64,000 nucleotides of DNA from Octopus bimaculoides (lineage: Eukaryota), in contig NC_068999.1 in assembly GCF_001194135.2 (NCBI RefSeq), positions 31,973,597-32,037,596 on the forward strand. Reading direction: 5' to 3'. Of the stretch, positions 48,560 through 60,394 are shown piece by piece. Position numbers and translations under genes: made by a program. The stretch's first letter is position 1. Every line of letters begins with the position of its first letter. The notes below the pieces were generated by a model. The model had not been told where the DNA came from. It saw only the letters and a program-made list of their open reading frames with translations, and did not search any database.

Positions 48560-51500
48560 TCCCAACAGAATATTTTCCTCCCTCGTGTTCTGACCATACT
48601 AACTCTGGCACCCCCTCTGTCTCACTCTGTCTCTCTCTCAGCCTCACTCTGTCTCTCTCTCAGCCTCACTCTGTCTCTCTCTCTTCTGATTACCACTTGC
48701 TTCACCAAGATTTCCTCCCCCGTCACCTATATAAACTAGTGCACACACTTGGATTCCCCTACTCGATTTTTAAGACCTCCGCCGAAAGAATACGTATCCA
48801 GAAGATGCTCTCGTCTAAATTTGCTAGTTTGCGGTACAACCAACCTCCCACCCCCTCCACCCGTACCAGAAGTTCCTATACTCTGTCATCCTTTGGTTGT
48901 CTCCTACGAACACTTCTAAAGGCTTTACGCCATCCCCACCCCTACTTAAGGCTTATCTCCTATGTAAGGTAGTGATCATATAGTGCATAAATTTGATGGT
49001 GTAGTGTATGCAGGTTGAATTGAAGGCTATTGTTTGGTTATGAATTCTGTCAAATGCGAGCTTTCTTTTCACGGGCCCACACCTCCCACACCCTCAAGAT
49101 TGGCACTCTCAACATCGGCACACTGAAAGGTAGGTCTGGTGAGATTGTAAGGTGGAGAGCAGGTTGCACTAGGTTCCTCATAGGCAAAGAACACAGGTAC
49201 AAAATTTTCTGGGCAGGGAACACTGACGGGGTCAGGGCGTAGGTATACTCCTTGCGGAGAAATGGGTTGATAAGGTAATCGAGATAGTCAGAGTATGCGA
49301 CAGAATACTTAAGATTAGATTAGTGCTTCATCATGGGTTAGCAACCATTATCTCGGCTTATGCCCCTCAGCCAGGGCTACCTGATGGACAGAAAGACTGA
49401 TTTTATGACACCCTCTTGCAGACTACCTCGTTGACGAATGACAGGGACCTTCTCTTTCTGGCTGGTGACTTCAATGGACATGTTGGACAACATACAGGGG
49501 GCGTACATGGAGGCTACGGTTTTGGTTCCTGCAATGAGGAAGGAACCAGGCTGCTGGAGTTCTGCAATGCAAATGATCTTATGGTTTGCAATACTAACTT
49601 CAGGAAACCCCTGCCAGTCACCTAGTCACCTACCGTTATGGCAGACACTCTAGCCAAACTGACTACATCCTCGCCAGAAAAAAGGAAAGATGGCTGCTTA
49701 TAAATGCCAAAACCTTCCCAGACAAAGAATGTATCCAACAACATAGACTGATAGTTAGCAACTTCAGGATCAGGGCTAAATGGATGCCCAGAAGATGACC
49801 AACATAGAGGAGAAGGGTCTGGAAGCTTTAAGAGAAAAGAAACAGGCTTGGAAGAATGGTGGTAGCAGGGGATTGTATCAGACTGCCAGAAGGGAAGCAG
49901 ATAAGAAAAAATTTGCCAATCTTCTACGCCATGAGGACCAAAGACTTGAGGTATTTCGTGTTGCAAGACAGTGTGTGAGAGAGAATTGTGATGTAAGGAA
50001 GAAATATGTCCGCATGTATGATGGTTCACTCGCACTAAATGAGGCTGCAAAGAGAGAGGTTTGGAGACAACACTATGAAAGGTTGCTCAATAAAGAGAAT
50101 GAATGAGAGAAAGGAAGTCTGCCAAATGTCGACCCAACAGTGGGACCAGCTATCCGAATTGACAGTACCTTGGTAGATAAAGCAATTAAGAGTATGAAGA
50201 CAGGGAAAGCCCCCAGCCCATCAGGAATCACCGCAGTGATGCTCAAAATATCTGGCAATGTTGGCTATAGCCTAGTCACCTGTATAGTTCAGGTGATACA
50301 CAATGACTGGTGTAGCAGCACCTTAGTCAACTGCTACAAAGGTAAAGGTGACGCTTTAGATACAAATAATTACAGAGGTATCAAGTTGTTGGATCAGGTA
50401 ATGAAGGTCGCGGAGAGGGTCATAGCCCAACTAATTAGGGAGAGAGTCAGTTTAGATGAGATGCAGTTTGGTTTTGTGCCAGGGAAAAGCACCACTGATG
50501 CTATATTTCTGGTAAGACAGCTGTAGGAGAAATACCTAGCCAAAGATAAACCTCTGTACCTGGCTTTCGTTGACATGGAGAAAGCCTTTGACAGGGTTCC
50601 CCGATCCCTTATCTGGTGGTCAATGAGGAAACTAGGGATAGATGAATGGTTAGTGAGNNNNNNNNNNNNNNNNNNNNNNNNNNNNNNNNNNNNNNNNNNN
50701 NNNNNNNNNNNNNNNNNNNNNNNNNNNNNNNNNNNNNNNNNNNNNNNNNNNNNNNNNNNNNNNNNNNNNNNNNNNNNNNNNNNNNNNNNNNNNNNNNNNN
50801 NNNNNNNNNNNNNNNNNNNNNNNNNNNNNNNNNNNNNNNNNNNNNNNNNNNNNNNNNNNNNNNNNNNNNNNNNNNNNNNNNNNNNNNNNNNNNNNNNNNN
50901 NNNNNNNNNNNNNNNNNNNNNNNNNNNNNNNNNNNNNNNNNNNNNNNNNNNNNNNNNNNNNNNNNNNNNNNNNNNNNNNNNNNNNNNNNNNNNNNNNNNN
51001 NNNNNNNNNNNNNNNNNNNNNNNNNNNNNNNNNNNNNCCTTAGAGTTAACCTAGCTAAAACCAAAGTCCTAATAAGTAGGAAGGTAGATAAAACACAAAC
51101 TCCTTCAGGTAGATGGCCCTGCTCAATATGTAGAAAAGGCATAGGTAGAAACTCTATAAGATGTACCCAGTGTAAGCTATGGACACATAAGAGGTGCAGC
51201 AATATCAAAGGAAGGCTAACTGGGAAGATAGTTTTTGCATGTGGCAGATGCTCAGGAGCAATAAACACTGAAAATGTGCAGAGAACAACTTCTGCCACAT
51301 TTCAGGGAGAAAAACTAAAAGTAGTTGATAGCTTCCATTACCAAGGTGACCAAGTCAGTAGCTGGGGTGGGTGCACTGAAAGTGTAGCTGCTAGAATAAG
51401 AATAGCCTGGGCAAAGTTCAGAGAACTCTTACCTCTGCTGGTGACAAAGGGCTTCTTGCTCAGAGTAAAAGATAGACTGTATGACGCATGTGTACGAATA

Positions 51501-52380
51501 ACCATGCTACATGGAAGTGAAACATGGGCCGTGACTGCTGAGGACATGCGTAAGTTTACAAGGAATGAAGCCAGTATGCTCCGATGGATGTGTAATGTCA
51601 GTGTGCATACTTGAGTGTAAGTACCTTGAGAGAAAAGTTGGACCTAAGAAGTATCAGATGTTGTGTGCAAGAGAGACGACTGTGATGGTATGGACATGTG
51701 GCAAGAATGGATGAGGATAGCTGTGTGAAAAAGAGCCACACCATAGCGGTTGAGGGAACTTATCTCAGGAAGACCTGGGATGAGGTTGTGAAGCACGTCC
51801 TTCGAATATTAGGCCTCACCTCGGCAATGACTAGTGACCGAGACCTTTGGAAATATGCTGTGCGTGAGAAGACCTGGCAAGACAAGTGAGACCATAACCC
51901 GTGGCCTCTGCCAGGGGTGTAACCAGCCCACTTATGCGTACCTTTCCTTCATTGGAGACTAAACTCTGCTTGTGAAGACCTGTTGAGGCAAGTGAAATCG
52001 AAATCAAATGCGATGACTGGCATCCGTGCTAGTGGAGCGCTAAGAGTACCATCCAAGCATGATCGTTGCCTGAGCAGCTGTCTGGCTTCCATGCCGGTGG
52101 CATGTAAAAAGCACCATTCGAGCGTGATTGTTACCAGCGTCACCTTACTGGCACGTAAAAAGATAATCGAGCAAGGTCATTGCCAGTGCCACTGAACTGG
52201 CTCCTGTGCAGGTGGCACATAAAAAACATCATTTGAACATGGCCGTTGCCAGTACCACCTGACTGGCCCTCATGCTGGTGGCATGTAAAAGCACCCACTA
52301 CACTCTTGGAGTGGTTGGTGTTAGGAAGGGCATCCAGCTGTAGAAACTCTGCCAGATCAGATTGGAGCCTCGTGCAGCTA
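48560..52380 (+). mobile_element. Near full-length RTE-clade LINE (APE, RT and PHD-type finger), inactivated
   Basis: LKIGTLNIGTL..SAYAPQ..LAGDFNGHVG..TDYIL (APE); NNYRGIKLL..QFGFVPGKSTTDAIF..FVDMEKAFDRV (RT); C4HC3 finger at 51120-51251; LHGSETW; repetitive 3' UTR. Several stops and a gap. Confidence 0.95.
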
Positions 52381-53069
52381 TCTGGTTCGCCAGTCCTTAG
52401 TGTTTGACCTAAGTATGTTTTATAATTATTTAATACAAGTTATTGTGTTGGGCACTGAAAGTTTTTAATATTTACTTTTGTTGTATTTAAATCATTTTGT
52501 GGCATGCTGTCTTGTCACTTAGATACTATGTACTAATTCCAGTGTGACCGTATAAAGTATATTAATTACATGTCTGCAGCTATATGTAAAAAGTGCTCAT
52601 GGATATGCCTTGTTTGTCATCAGTGAATCAGTAGGTACTGTATTGAATAATTCAATGAAGGCCAATATAGTATTCTATCTCTGATTAAAATAAATTCATG
52701 TTGAATTTTTTGTGAATTGTAGCTGTTTAACATTCGTGTCTTATGTGTGGCTTTGTACACTAACATGTAAAACATGGTTATGGATATACATGTAGTAGTT
52801 TGCCGTTTGTTGAGTCAATAAATATCCATTACATTAAAAGATGTTTATTTATACTATATTGAATAATTCATTGATGGATAATATGCTGTTTTATATCCAT
52901 GCTTTATGAATAAGTTGATCCTGTACAAAGCGCTGACAAATGAATTTCTAAAAGTTCACAACTCTGAAAAGAAGCTCAGCAACAAAACCAAATTCATGTC
53001 ACATCATCTATGAATTAAGTTGCCCCTGAAATGTCAATACAAACAAAATAAAACAAGTATCATGTAAAT

Positions 53070-53160
53070 TGGACTAGTAGTTATTGAGATATTCAGAGTT
53101 TGGGGGTATAAATACCCAAAACGGTGCATAATGGGAAAGTATTCTGAATATAACTTCATC
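53070..53160 (-). CDS. Candidate downstream exon D of the minus-strand gene (frame and end uncertain)
   Basis: Strong acceptor aatttcttccctttcag|GATGAAG. After the 53570 donor it gives GGA-TGA (immediate stop); other donors give DEVIFRILSHYAPFW or MKLYSEYFPIMHRFG. Confidence 0.3.
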
Positions 53161-53569
53161 CTGAAAGGGAAGAAATTCTAACCTTTTGATTAGACACAGT
53201 GACTTGACAACAAAAAGATACAATTTGCTTTTTACAGTATCTGCTTCTATTTTCGCTTTTGTTAAATATGATATTTTAATCATTTAGAAATATCTTTAAG
53301 TGAATGTGATTTCAAAAATGTAAGTTGTTTGTACAACAAGTATATATATTTTAGCTTTCTTTAATGTTTTTAAAAATTATTCTCAAGTGAATACTGTTAC
53401 AAAAATATTTTTTGGTATATTTAAAAAATATTTTAAAGTGAAAATGACTTTAAAATACAGTAAATGTTTCGTAAAAGACCCATTCGTCCTAGTGTGAAAT
53501 AATTTTTTCCATAGGTTTTTCTCGAGTGCTACCACATAACAGTTATTTGTGATAAAGGACCCGAAATAC

Positions 53570-53685
53570 CTGTTATTTGGTAGCAGGGTATGCAAGAAAT
53601 AGCAGCCAAATCTTTCCTTTTTTGGGGAAAGGAGCTGTTTACGTGTGATTTTGATGTCACATTCATTGAAAGCATGCGAAATAAC
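53570..53685 (-). CDS. Candidate exon C of the minus-strand gene
   Basis: Acceptor ttttttttcttttccag|G. Phase-2 entry reads LFRMLSMNVTSKSHVNSSFPQKRKDLAAISCIPCYQIT with donor ACAG|gtattt; an alternative donor lies at 53533. Confidence 0.45.
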
Positions 53686-54064
53686 CTGGAAAAGAAAAAA
53701 AACTCCACAAACAAAACTCCATTGCTGGGAAATTTAGACTTTCCTGGTAGCCCAACAGGTCATTGGTAGTCTAGTGATAAACTAAAGCTACCTAACTTTG
53801 TAGCAAAGTTAGTTACTAGTATAGGTTATTTAAGTGTCAGTAATTGCATAGTTGCTGTTTTTTTGTTTTTTTGTGCAGACAGCTACTGTTCCTTTTGTTC
53901 AGATGTTGCAGTTCTCTATGTGCAGGCAGCTACTTTCTGTCTGTATATCTCTCTCTATCTGTCTTTCTGTATCTCTCTCTTTTTCTCTCCAGATAACTAC
54001 AGCTATCTCTGTAGTCATTCATTTGCAAAGAGCTGCAATTTTATGTAAGTAGTTGATGTCCTAC

Positions 54065-54154
54065 CTGTTGGTTACAGTTCCCTTGTCCTGTCTGGTCACA
54101 TAGCTGAAGCCCTTCTTGTACAGATAGTTACGTTTCACTCTGTCCAATAAATCT
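54065..54154 (-). CDS. Candidate exon B of the minus-strand gene
   Basis: gtttag|A..AACAG|gtagga. The only open frame, DLLDRVKRNYLYKKGFSYVTRQDKGTVTN, is the one required by exon A. An in-frame alternative acceptor lies at 54139. Confidence 0.55.
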
Positions 54155-54709
54155 CTAAACTTTGTCAGTATTATAAAATTTAAAATGATAATTGTATTAA
54201 TAGCTTTATTTACTTTAAGATATCAATGTGTCTTCATTTGTTTCAAAATGTAAATGTATTTTTAAAACTAGATAAATGATAGAAAATGGCTTGAATTACA
54301 TTCTTTCTTTAAAATTACTACGATTGTTTCAACACATTTTACTCTCATGGTACATTGAGGAGATGATGTTATTAACATGTTGTTTAATCACTATCATCCA
54401 TCCAAAGTGTAAGACGTGCTTCTTCAGGTGATTTTTTGTAATAAGTCCTTCATTAGATCATACTGTCATTTCACAGTGTGAGAATGCATACTCAAAGGAG
54501 TGTGTTATTTTCTGTGGATGAGCTTTGCATAACATACTCCAATGTTTTTACCCAAATCTTATTTAACTGTTTAAAACTATGTTACTGTAGTGTAATATTG
54601 AAGCTATGGTGCAAATTTTCTGCAAGTCCTGTAACTGACTATGAAGTGACTAGTTATAAGATTCTTGCTTCTAATAAATGATCTGCTTTCCCTGAAGTTG
54701 TCCACTTAC

Positions 54710-54830
54710 GTTTGTTCATGAGGAACATCATCTACATCAGCTTCACCCATCTGGAAGTATTTATGATGGCCATGGACACAGCTCCTTCCTCCAAACTGAT
54801 CAATTAAATTCTTTTTTCTGTAAATGAACT
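54710..54830 (-). CDS. Candidate exon A (121 nt) of an unidentified minus-strand gene
   Basis: tgttttacag|AG..AAAC|gtaagt; single open frame FIYRKKNLIDQFGGRSCVHGHHKYFQMGEADVDDVPHEQ. Confidence 0.6.
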
Positions 54831-54843
54831 CTGTAAAACACTA

Positions 54844-55215
54844 CAAGGTCTGATCAAAAAGTATTGAGACTGGTAACAGAACTAAAGTATGCAGAATGAA
54901 GCTGCTTGGCATAGATTGATCTTGACCTCTGTCATGCATGCACGCTAAGTTATAATGTTCTTGCTTACTCCATTGTTTATAGCAGTGCTTAGAAGTAAAG
55001 TATGTCAAATGTGGTCATCTCACCACACCACAGAGGTTCCATTCTTGACCATATCAGAGAAAATTGAACAGAGACTATGCATCAAGTTTTGCCAAAAGCT
55101 TAGTGATACTTGCACTCTTTTTCCTTTTCCTTTTCCTTTTCCAAAGATCAAATCCCACTACAAAAGGAACAAGATTTCAAGACATCAAGAAAATGCAAAG
55201 AATGTGGAGAATATT
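54844..55215 (+). mobile_element. Internally deleted mariner
   Basis: TA + CAAGGTCTGATCAAAAAGTATTGAGACT TIR; EKIEQRLCIKFCQKLSDTC (N-terminus) fused to FPKIKSH (C-terminus). Confidence 0.75.
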
Positions 55216-55229
55216 TAAAGTGGTGTCAG

Positions 55230-55560
55230 TGAGTGTAATATGAGAGTACATTGAATTAGTGAGTATAACATGAAGGTGTAGAAAGTGAGATTAGTGAATG
55301 CAACATAAGGGTATATAATGTATAGGTAATGAATGTAACATGAGGGTATGTAAATTAGGGTTTGTGAATGTAGCATTTGGTGTCTATAAAGTGGAGTCTG
55401 TGTGTGTGTGGTTATATAAAATGGTGTTAGTTGGTGTGAGGTTTAGAGTACATAGTGATTTGAGTGGGTGTGGAATAAGTGTATCAAGTGAGGTTAGTGG
55501 AAGTAACATGAAGCATGTGCAAAGTGAGGTTAGTAGGTAAAGTGGTGGTTAGTGCATGTA
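55230..55560 (+). repeat. Degenerate ~35-bp minisatellite
   Basis: Units such as GTGAGTATAACATGAAGGTGTAGAAAGTGAGATTA, GTGAATGCAACATAAGGGTATATAATGTATAGGTA and ATGAATGTAACATGAGGGTATGTAAATTAGGGTTT. Confidence 0.65.
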
Positions 55561-56389
55561 CTGGGGTCAGTGTAATCGATGAACCTCCTCCCCCGAAATT
55601 GCTGGCCTTGTGACAAAATTTGAAACCATTATTGAGGTTGTGAAGGTCATTGTCCCTAAATATGTAGTAGAAGTGGGCATCAGTTAGACTGCGAATGTCA
55701 TTGTCAGTGTTTGTTCAAATCGCTTTTAATGAATGTCTTGCTATTGTCAGTAATGGTGTGGGGATAAGTATGTTTCTGCTATAGCAGTTAATTCTTCAGA
55801 GTTACTGCAAAAGAAACTATTCTACTAATGGAAACTTTTGACATTCATTCATTTTCTATATATATAGCATAGAGTGGGTGGAGTGACAGTGTTGTGAAAA
55901 GTGGTTGCATCAGAAGTGTGTTCTATAGTATGGGTAGGTCAGAAATGTAGCATAGTGTGAGTTTAGTAGAGAAACTAGTTTCTCATATTAATAACTCTGT
56001 CACATATCACTGATTGCTTGTGATAAATGTTTATTCCACTCTAAGGCCTGCCCCTCCTCGCACATAGTAGCATAAAATCAGAATTTATATTTTATGCCAG
56101 AATATGAAGACATTGCAAATGAGAGGTTATACGGTTATTCAGAAAATTCATAAAACATTGGGAAAATGTATTTTGTCATAAACTGTTTTTAGAAAACATC
56201 ACTGATGTATTATGTGTTTGTGTTTGTGTGTGTAAGACAGAGAATAAACTAGTTGTATTGGTGATGCTGTAAAATTAGTGGAACATCTCCAGAAAGAAAA
56301 TACAACTGATGCAAGGAAATTGTGAAAAATTTAATATTCACCATTTCAAATAGTTTGGATACACTTATCTTACAGTTGGGTCCTTATTA

Positions 56390-56640
56390 TCATCATCATT
56401 TAACAACCATGCTGGCATGGGTTGGATGGTTTGACAGGATCTGGCAAACCAGAAGACAGCACCAAGCTCCACTGTCTGTTTTGGCATGGTTTTTATGGCT
56501 GGATGCCCTTCCTAATGCCAACCACTTTACAGAGTGGACTGAGTGCTTTTCATTTGGCACTAGCACTGGTGAGGTCTGTTTAGGCATGATTTTTATGGCT
56601 AGATGTGCTTCCTAATACCGATCACCTTACAGAGTGAGTT
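56390..56640 (-). mobile_element. RTE 3' tail fragment
   Basis: CATCATCATTTAAC..CATGCTGGCATGGGTTGG..GGCTGGATGCCCTTCCTAATGCCAACCAC. Confidence 0.8.
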
Positions 56641-56867
56641 AATGCATTCAGAATTTAGAATCCACATCTAGAATGTTAGGTTCCGTGGAGTAACTACAGT
56701 TAGTTCTTAGAGCATGAAAAGTAAGAAATTACCTTTTTATTCTATATCAAGTTTTTGTCAACATAATATGGCTATAATACACTTGTTATCAACACCAGGT
56801 CAACCCTGAACCAGCAAACCGATATGGTCAGAGGTATTTCAGTCATAACCATCCTATCCTTTAGCCT

Positions 56868-56965
56868 GGTGCAGCCTTCTGGCTCGCCAGCCCTCAGTCA
56901 AGCCATCCAACCCATGCCAGCATGGAAAGCGGACGTTAAACAGCGACGATGATGATGATGATGTG
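56868..56965 (+). mobile_element. RTE extreme 3' end
   Basis: ..CCAACCCATGCCAGCATGGAAAGCGGACGTTAAAC..GATGATGATG. Confidence 0.8.
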
Positions 56966-57475
56966 TATCTAGAATTGCATTATCTTATTTGTCCTTCCTT
57001 TTTTTAAGATCATAAAATGTGATTTGTGGTAGATTTTGCTATGAATTTTTGTAGGGTTGAGCAATGACAGGAATTCTGTCATAGCTTGTAATACATTTTG
57101 TTGTTAGTATTGATGTACATATGTGTGCCTATAAAGCCTTGGGTTTACCCATACCTTGTGACTGATATCAGATTGACAGAAACTGTATAGAAGCTTGTTA
57201 GATAAAGTTTACAAGTAATTCAAAGGTTTGGTCTAGTTGCGCACTGTCGTGATGATTTCACCTTAGAATTGTTACATTGTTACAATGTACAGCTGTTGGA
57301 TAAGCATTTCCAATATGTCTGTTATAATTGTGTTGTTGCTGCTGTTGTGAATGCAGTTGGTCATGAAATCATATTTTCTCAAGTAATATTTTTAAACAGA
57401 GTATATTTCTATTTTTGGATTCCTTCTTTTACATACACGCACATCTCTTTCTTTTCTCTCTGTCATGCCCCCACA

Positions 57476-57521
<46 letters not shown>

Positions 57522-57604
57522 NNNNNNNNNNNNNNNNNNNNNNNNNNNNNNNNNNNNNNNNNNNNNNNNNNNNNNNNNNNNNNNNNNNNNNNNNNNNNNN
57601 NNNN

Positions 57605-57647
<43 letters not shown>

Positions 57648-58041
57648 ATTGCAGACATATTCTCATACTCCTCTACATAGTCCATAGAAATACATACATT
57701 GAGATACAGAAAAACAAACAAACAAACACACGCACACTCTCTCTCCCCCTCTGATCGGTTTATGCATGATTGGTCTGCAACAGTAATGGCAGTTGCCAGA
57801 TTTAGCCACTAATGCCAAACATTCACCAAATATAGTGATGGCATCCTCATTGATTTGTCTGTAACTGTTATTCTGTTATTCCAGTACTTCTCTAATAATC
57901 ATTCTTCTTTTACTGATCTTTGCTCCATTATTCTACAAATATTGAAGACGTTTCATTTGTTTTGAAGGATTCCTATTCTGAAGACTTCACCTTCATTTCT
58001 CTTCCATATTCAGTTAATTTGATCTATTATATTATTGTTGT

Positions 58042-58260
58042 TTAGGCAGCGAACTGGCAGAATTGTTAGAGCATCAGAAAAAAATGCTTTGCAGTATTTT
58101 TCCACCTCTTTACATTTTGAGTTCAACTCCTGCCAAGGTCACTTTGCATTTATATTTTTGGAGTTGATAAAATAATGTACCAGTCTAAGTACTGTGGTTG
58201 ATGGTATCAACATGTAATTTTCTATGTATTTTTTTTATTTAATTACTGGCCTTGTGCTTA
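58042..58260 (+). mobile_element. tRNA-derived SINE family B
   Basis: AGGCAGCGAACTGGCAGAATTGTTAG..GAGTTCAACTCCTGCCAAGGTCACTTTGC..GTTGATAAAATAA. Confidence 0.75.
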
Positions 58261-59028
58261 AGTCTAATATTATTATTTTACAATTCATGTAATTCTTTTG
58301 TTGTAATATTTTATGTAATTTTTTTTTTTTTTGTAATTACTGGCCTTGTGCTTTAATCAAAAATTATTATTTTACAATTCTATATTTCTGAGATGAGGAA
58401 TTTTATATATTATGTTGTAGTGGTGTCCTCATCTTGGTTGTTTCTTTCACTAAGTTTCAGCTGTGTATGTTCCAGCTTTCTTCAAGTGTCTTGTGATTCA
58501 CCTTAATGCATTGCTTGGGATTGAACTCAAAACCTCTAGTGACTACACTACATTAACCAGTGCCTTCATCCACTACGCTATGCCCATAGGAAGTGTTAGA
58601 GTAAATTTGTTTAAGGTTTATAGACTTCCATTGATGTCTTATGTTGGTTCTGTACTGGTTGGATAATATAATTCTGAGATGAGAAATTATTTAATATTAT
58701 GTATTAGTCAGAGTTTTTGCTTTCATTACATTTAATTTGTGTACATTCCGGCCTTCTACAGGTGTCTTGTGTTTCACCTTAGTACCTTGCCTGGGATTGA
58801 ATTCAGAACTTTGCTTTTCAGCCATCTATAGTCTTTGAAATAATTACAGTTAAACACTGGAGATTATTTAATGAACTTTCTATTACTCTTTGTACCTATA
58901 TTAGAAATTATTATTTGATAATGCTACTATCAACTACTAGTTGATAATGCTTGAGAAGGATTTCAGTGATTGTGTATTTGCACTTCATTTGTTTCATTAT
59001 ACAGCTTACATACATACTTACATACAGT

Positions 59029-59078
<50 letters not shown>

Positions 59079-59588
59079 TCATACACACACACCACACATT
59101 ATCTAGCTTATACATTATTTATTTCATTATACAACTTATACTGTGAAGGTAGTCTTATATAAACTTGGTGCCAGGTAAGTTTCACATACAATGTCAGAGT
59201 TTTACTCTGGGAACATCTCACCTATTGCATTCTTGCCCAACCTTGAACTGATGACACTTCTAACAGCTGGTGGCTCTTGTGTGACTCAGAACAGCTGTAC
59301 ATTTTCAGAAAATGTTCTCTGTACTTTCAAAAATCTTCCATTTGTGAAGTTTCTCTCACTCAAAAGATTTCGATTTCAGATTTTTGAATTACAGATTATC
59401 AACCATATTATATTATTTATTGTATTCATTATCATTGCTAAATGTGTCAGAAGAGTGGAGTGACAAAAAGTAATACTTTAGACACAATATTTTTATGGTA
59501 TTCAGTCATGTACCCTTGTATTCTAGTTCAAATCTTGCCAAGAGTATCTCCCCATTGTTTACAAATTTATTTAAATTTATAAACTATA

Positions 59589-59795
59589 TTAACCCTTTAG
59601 CATTTAAACTGGCCAGAATATTCTACTGGTTTTATATTGATACTGGTCAGATCCAGCCTTTCACACCTACCTTCAATGTCATTCTAAAAATAAATGATCA
59701 TATCATCAACATTTTGGAGCTACAAAATAATTGATGATTAATTCGAAACAATGTGAATAAATAAGCATCAGATTTGGCTAATCTGAATGCTAAAG
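59589..59795 (+). mobile_element. piggyBac-type MITE
   Basis: TTAACCCTTTAGCATTT ... AATCTGAATGCTAAAGG; same family as 46490-46702. Confidence 0.75.
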
Positions 59796-60350
59796 GACTC
59801 AATGAATCTTGTCAATGTAGACCATCTTTAGTGTCTCTGGTTTTTATTTTACATATCATTACTTTATATATTATAAATTAGTACCACACATATCTTGGGT
59901 GAATTCAGGTTAAATAATATAACCCGTCAGACATAGTTATGAGCCTTTTGTTGACAAATATTGTACAACATGTCAAGAAGCCTGGATGTACTCTTCCAGT
60001 TGACTGCAAGCATAGGACACCACCTTTACTGATAATGAGGCTGTTGGTTTGTTTATACTCAGTGAACACATAAAGACTAGGTGAAGTACAAATGGACTCA
60101 CACTAACACACATAAGCACAAAGTCACACACACACATATATGCACACGTGACAGGCTTCTTCAGTTTCTGTGTATCAATTTCACTAACAAGATATTGTTT
60201 AACCTATGGTTATAGTATGGGATATTAGTTGATGACATTCACAGTGGGACTGAACCCCTAATCATATGGTCCCGAGCAAACTTCTGAACTACAAGTACTG
60301 TGTGTGCATATGTGTATGCTTATACATATGTGTATGTGTATATATGTATG

Positions 60351-60391
<41 letters not shown>

Positions 60392-60394
<3 letters not shown>

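Noticed and set aside
51950-52300. Spaced repeats (GGCA(C/T)(G/A)TAAAAA..) superficially like a CRISPR array
   Set aside because: Irregular and degenerate, part of the RTE 3' UTR, in a eukaryotic context with no cas genes.
52579-52633. Plus exon candidate LYVKSAHGYALFVISESV with a faint NOP56/58-like look
   Set aside because: Phase-incompatible with the 44083 donor, weak donor, and the similarity is too short.
54065-54830. Resemblance of the exon A/B peptide to sulfotransferase (RDP..R..S) or GT92 motifs
   Set aside because: Key residues are absent; not enough to name a product.
58230-58380. ~90-bp tandem duplication; smaller ones at 5362-5396 and 15362-15418
   Set aside because: Ordinary local slippage duplications, partly SINE tail.
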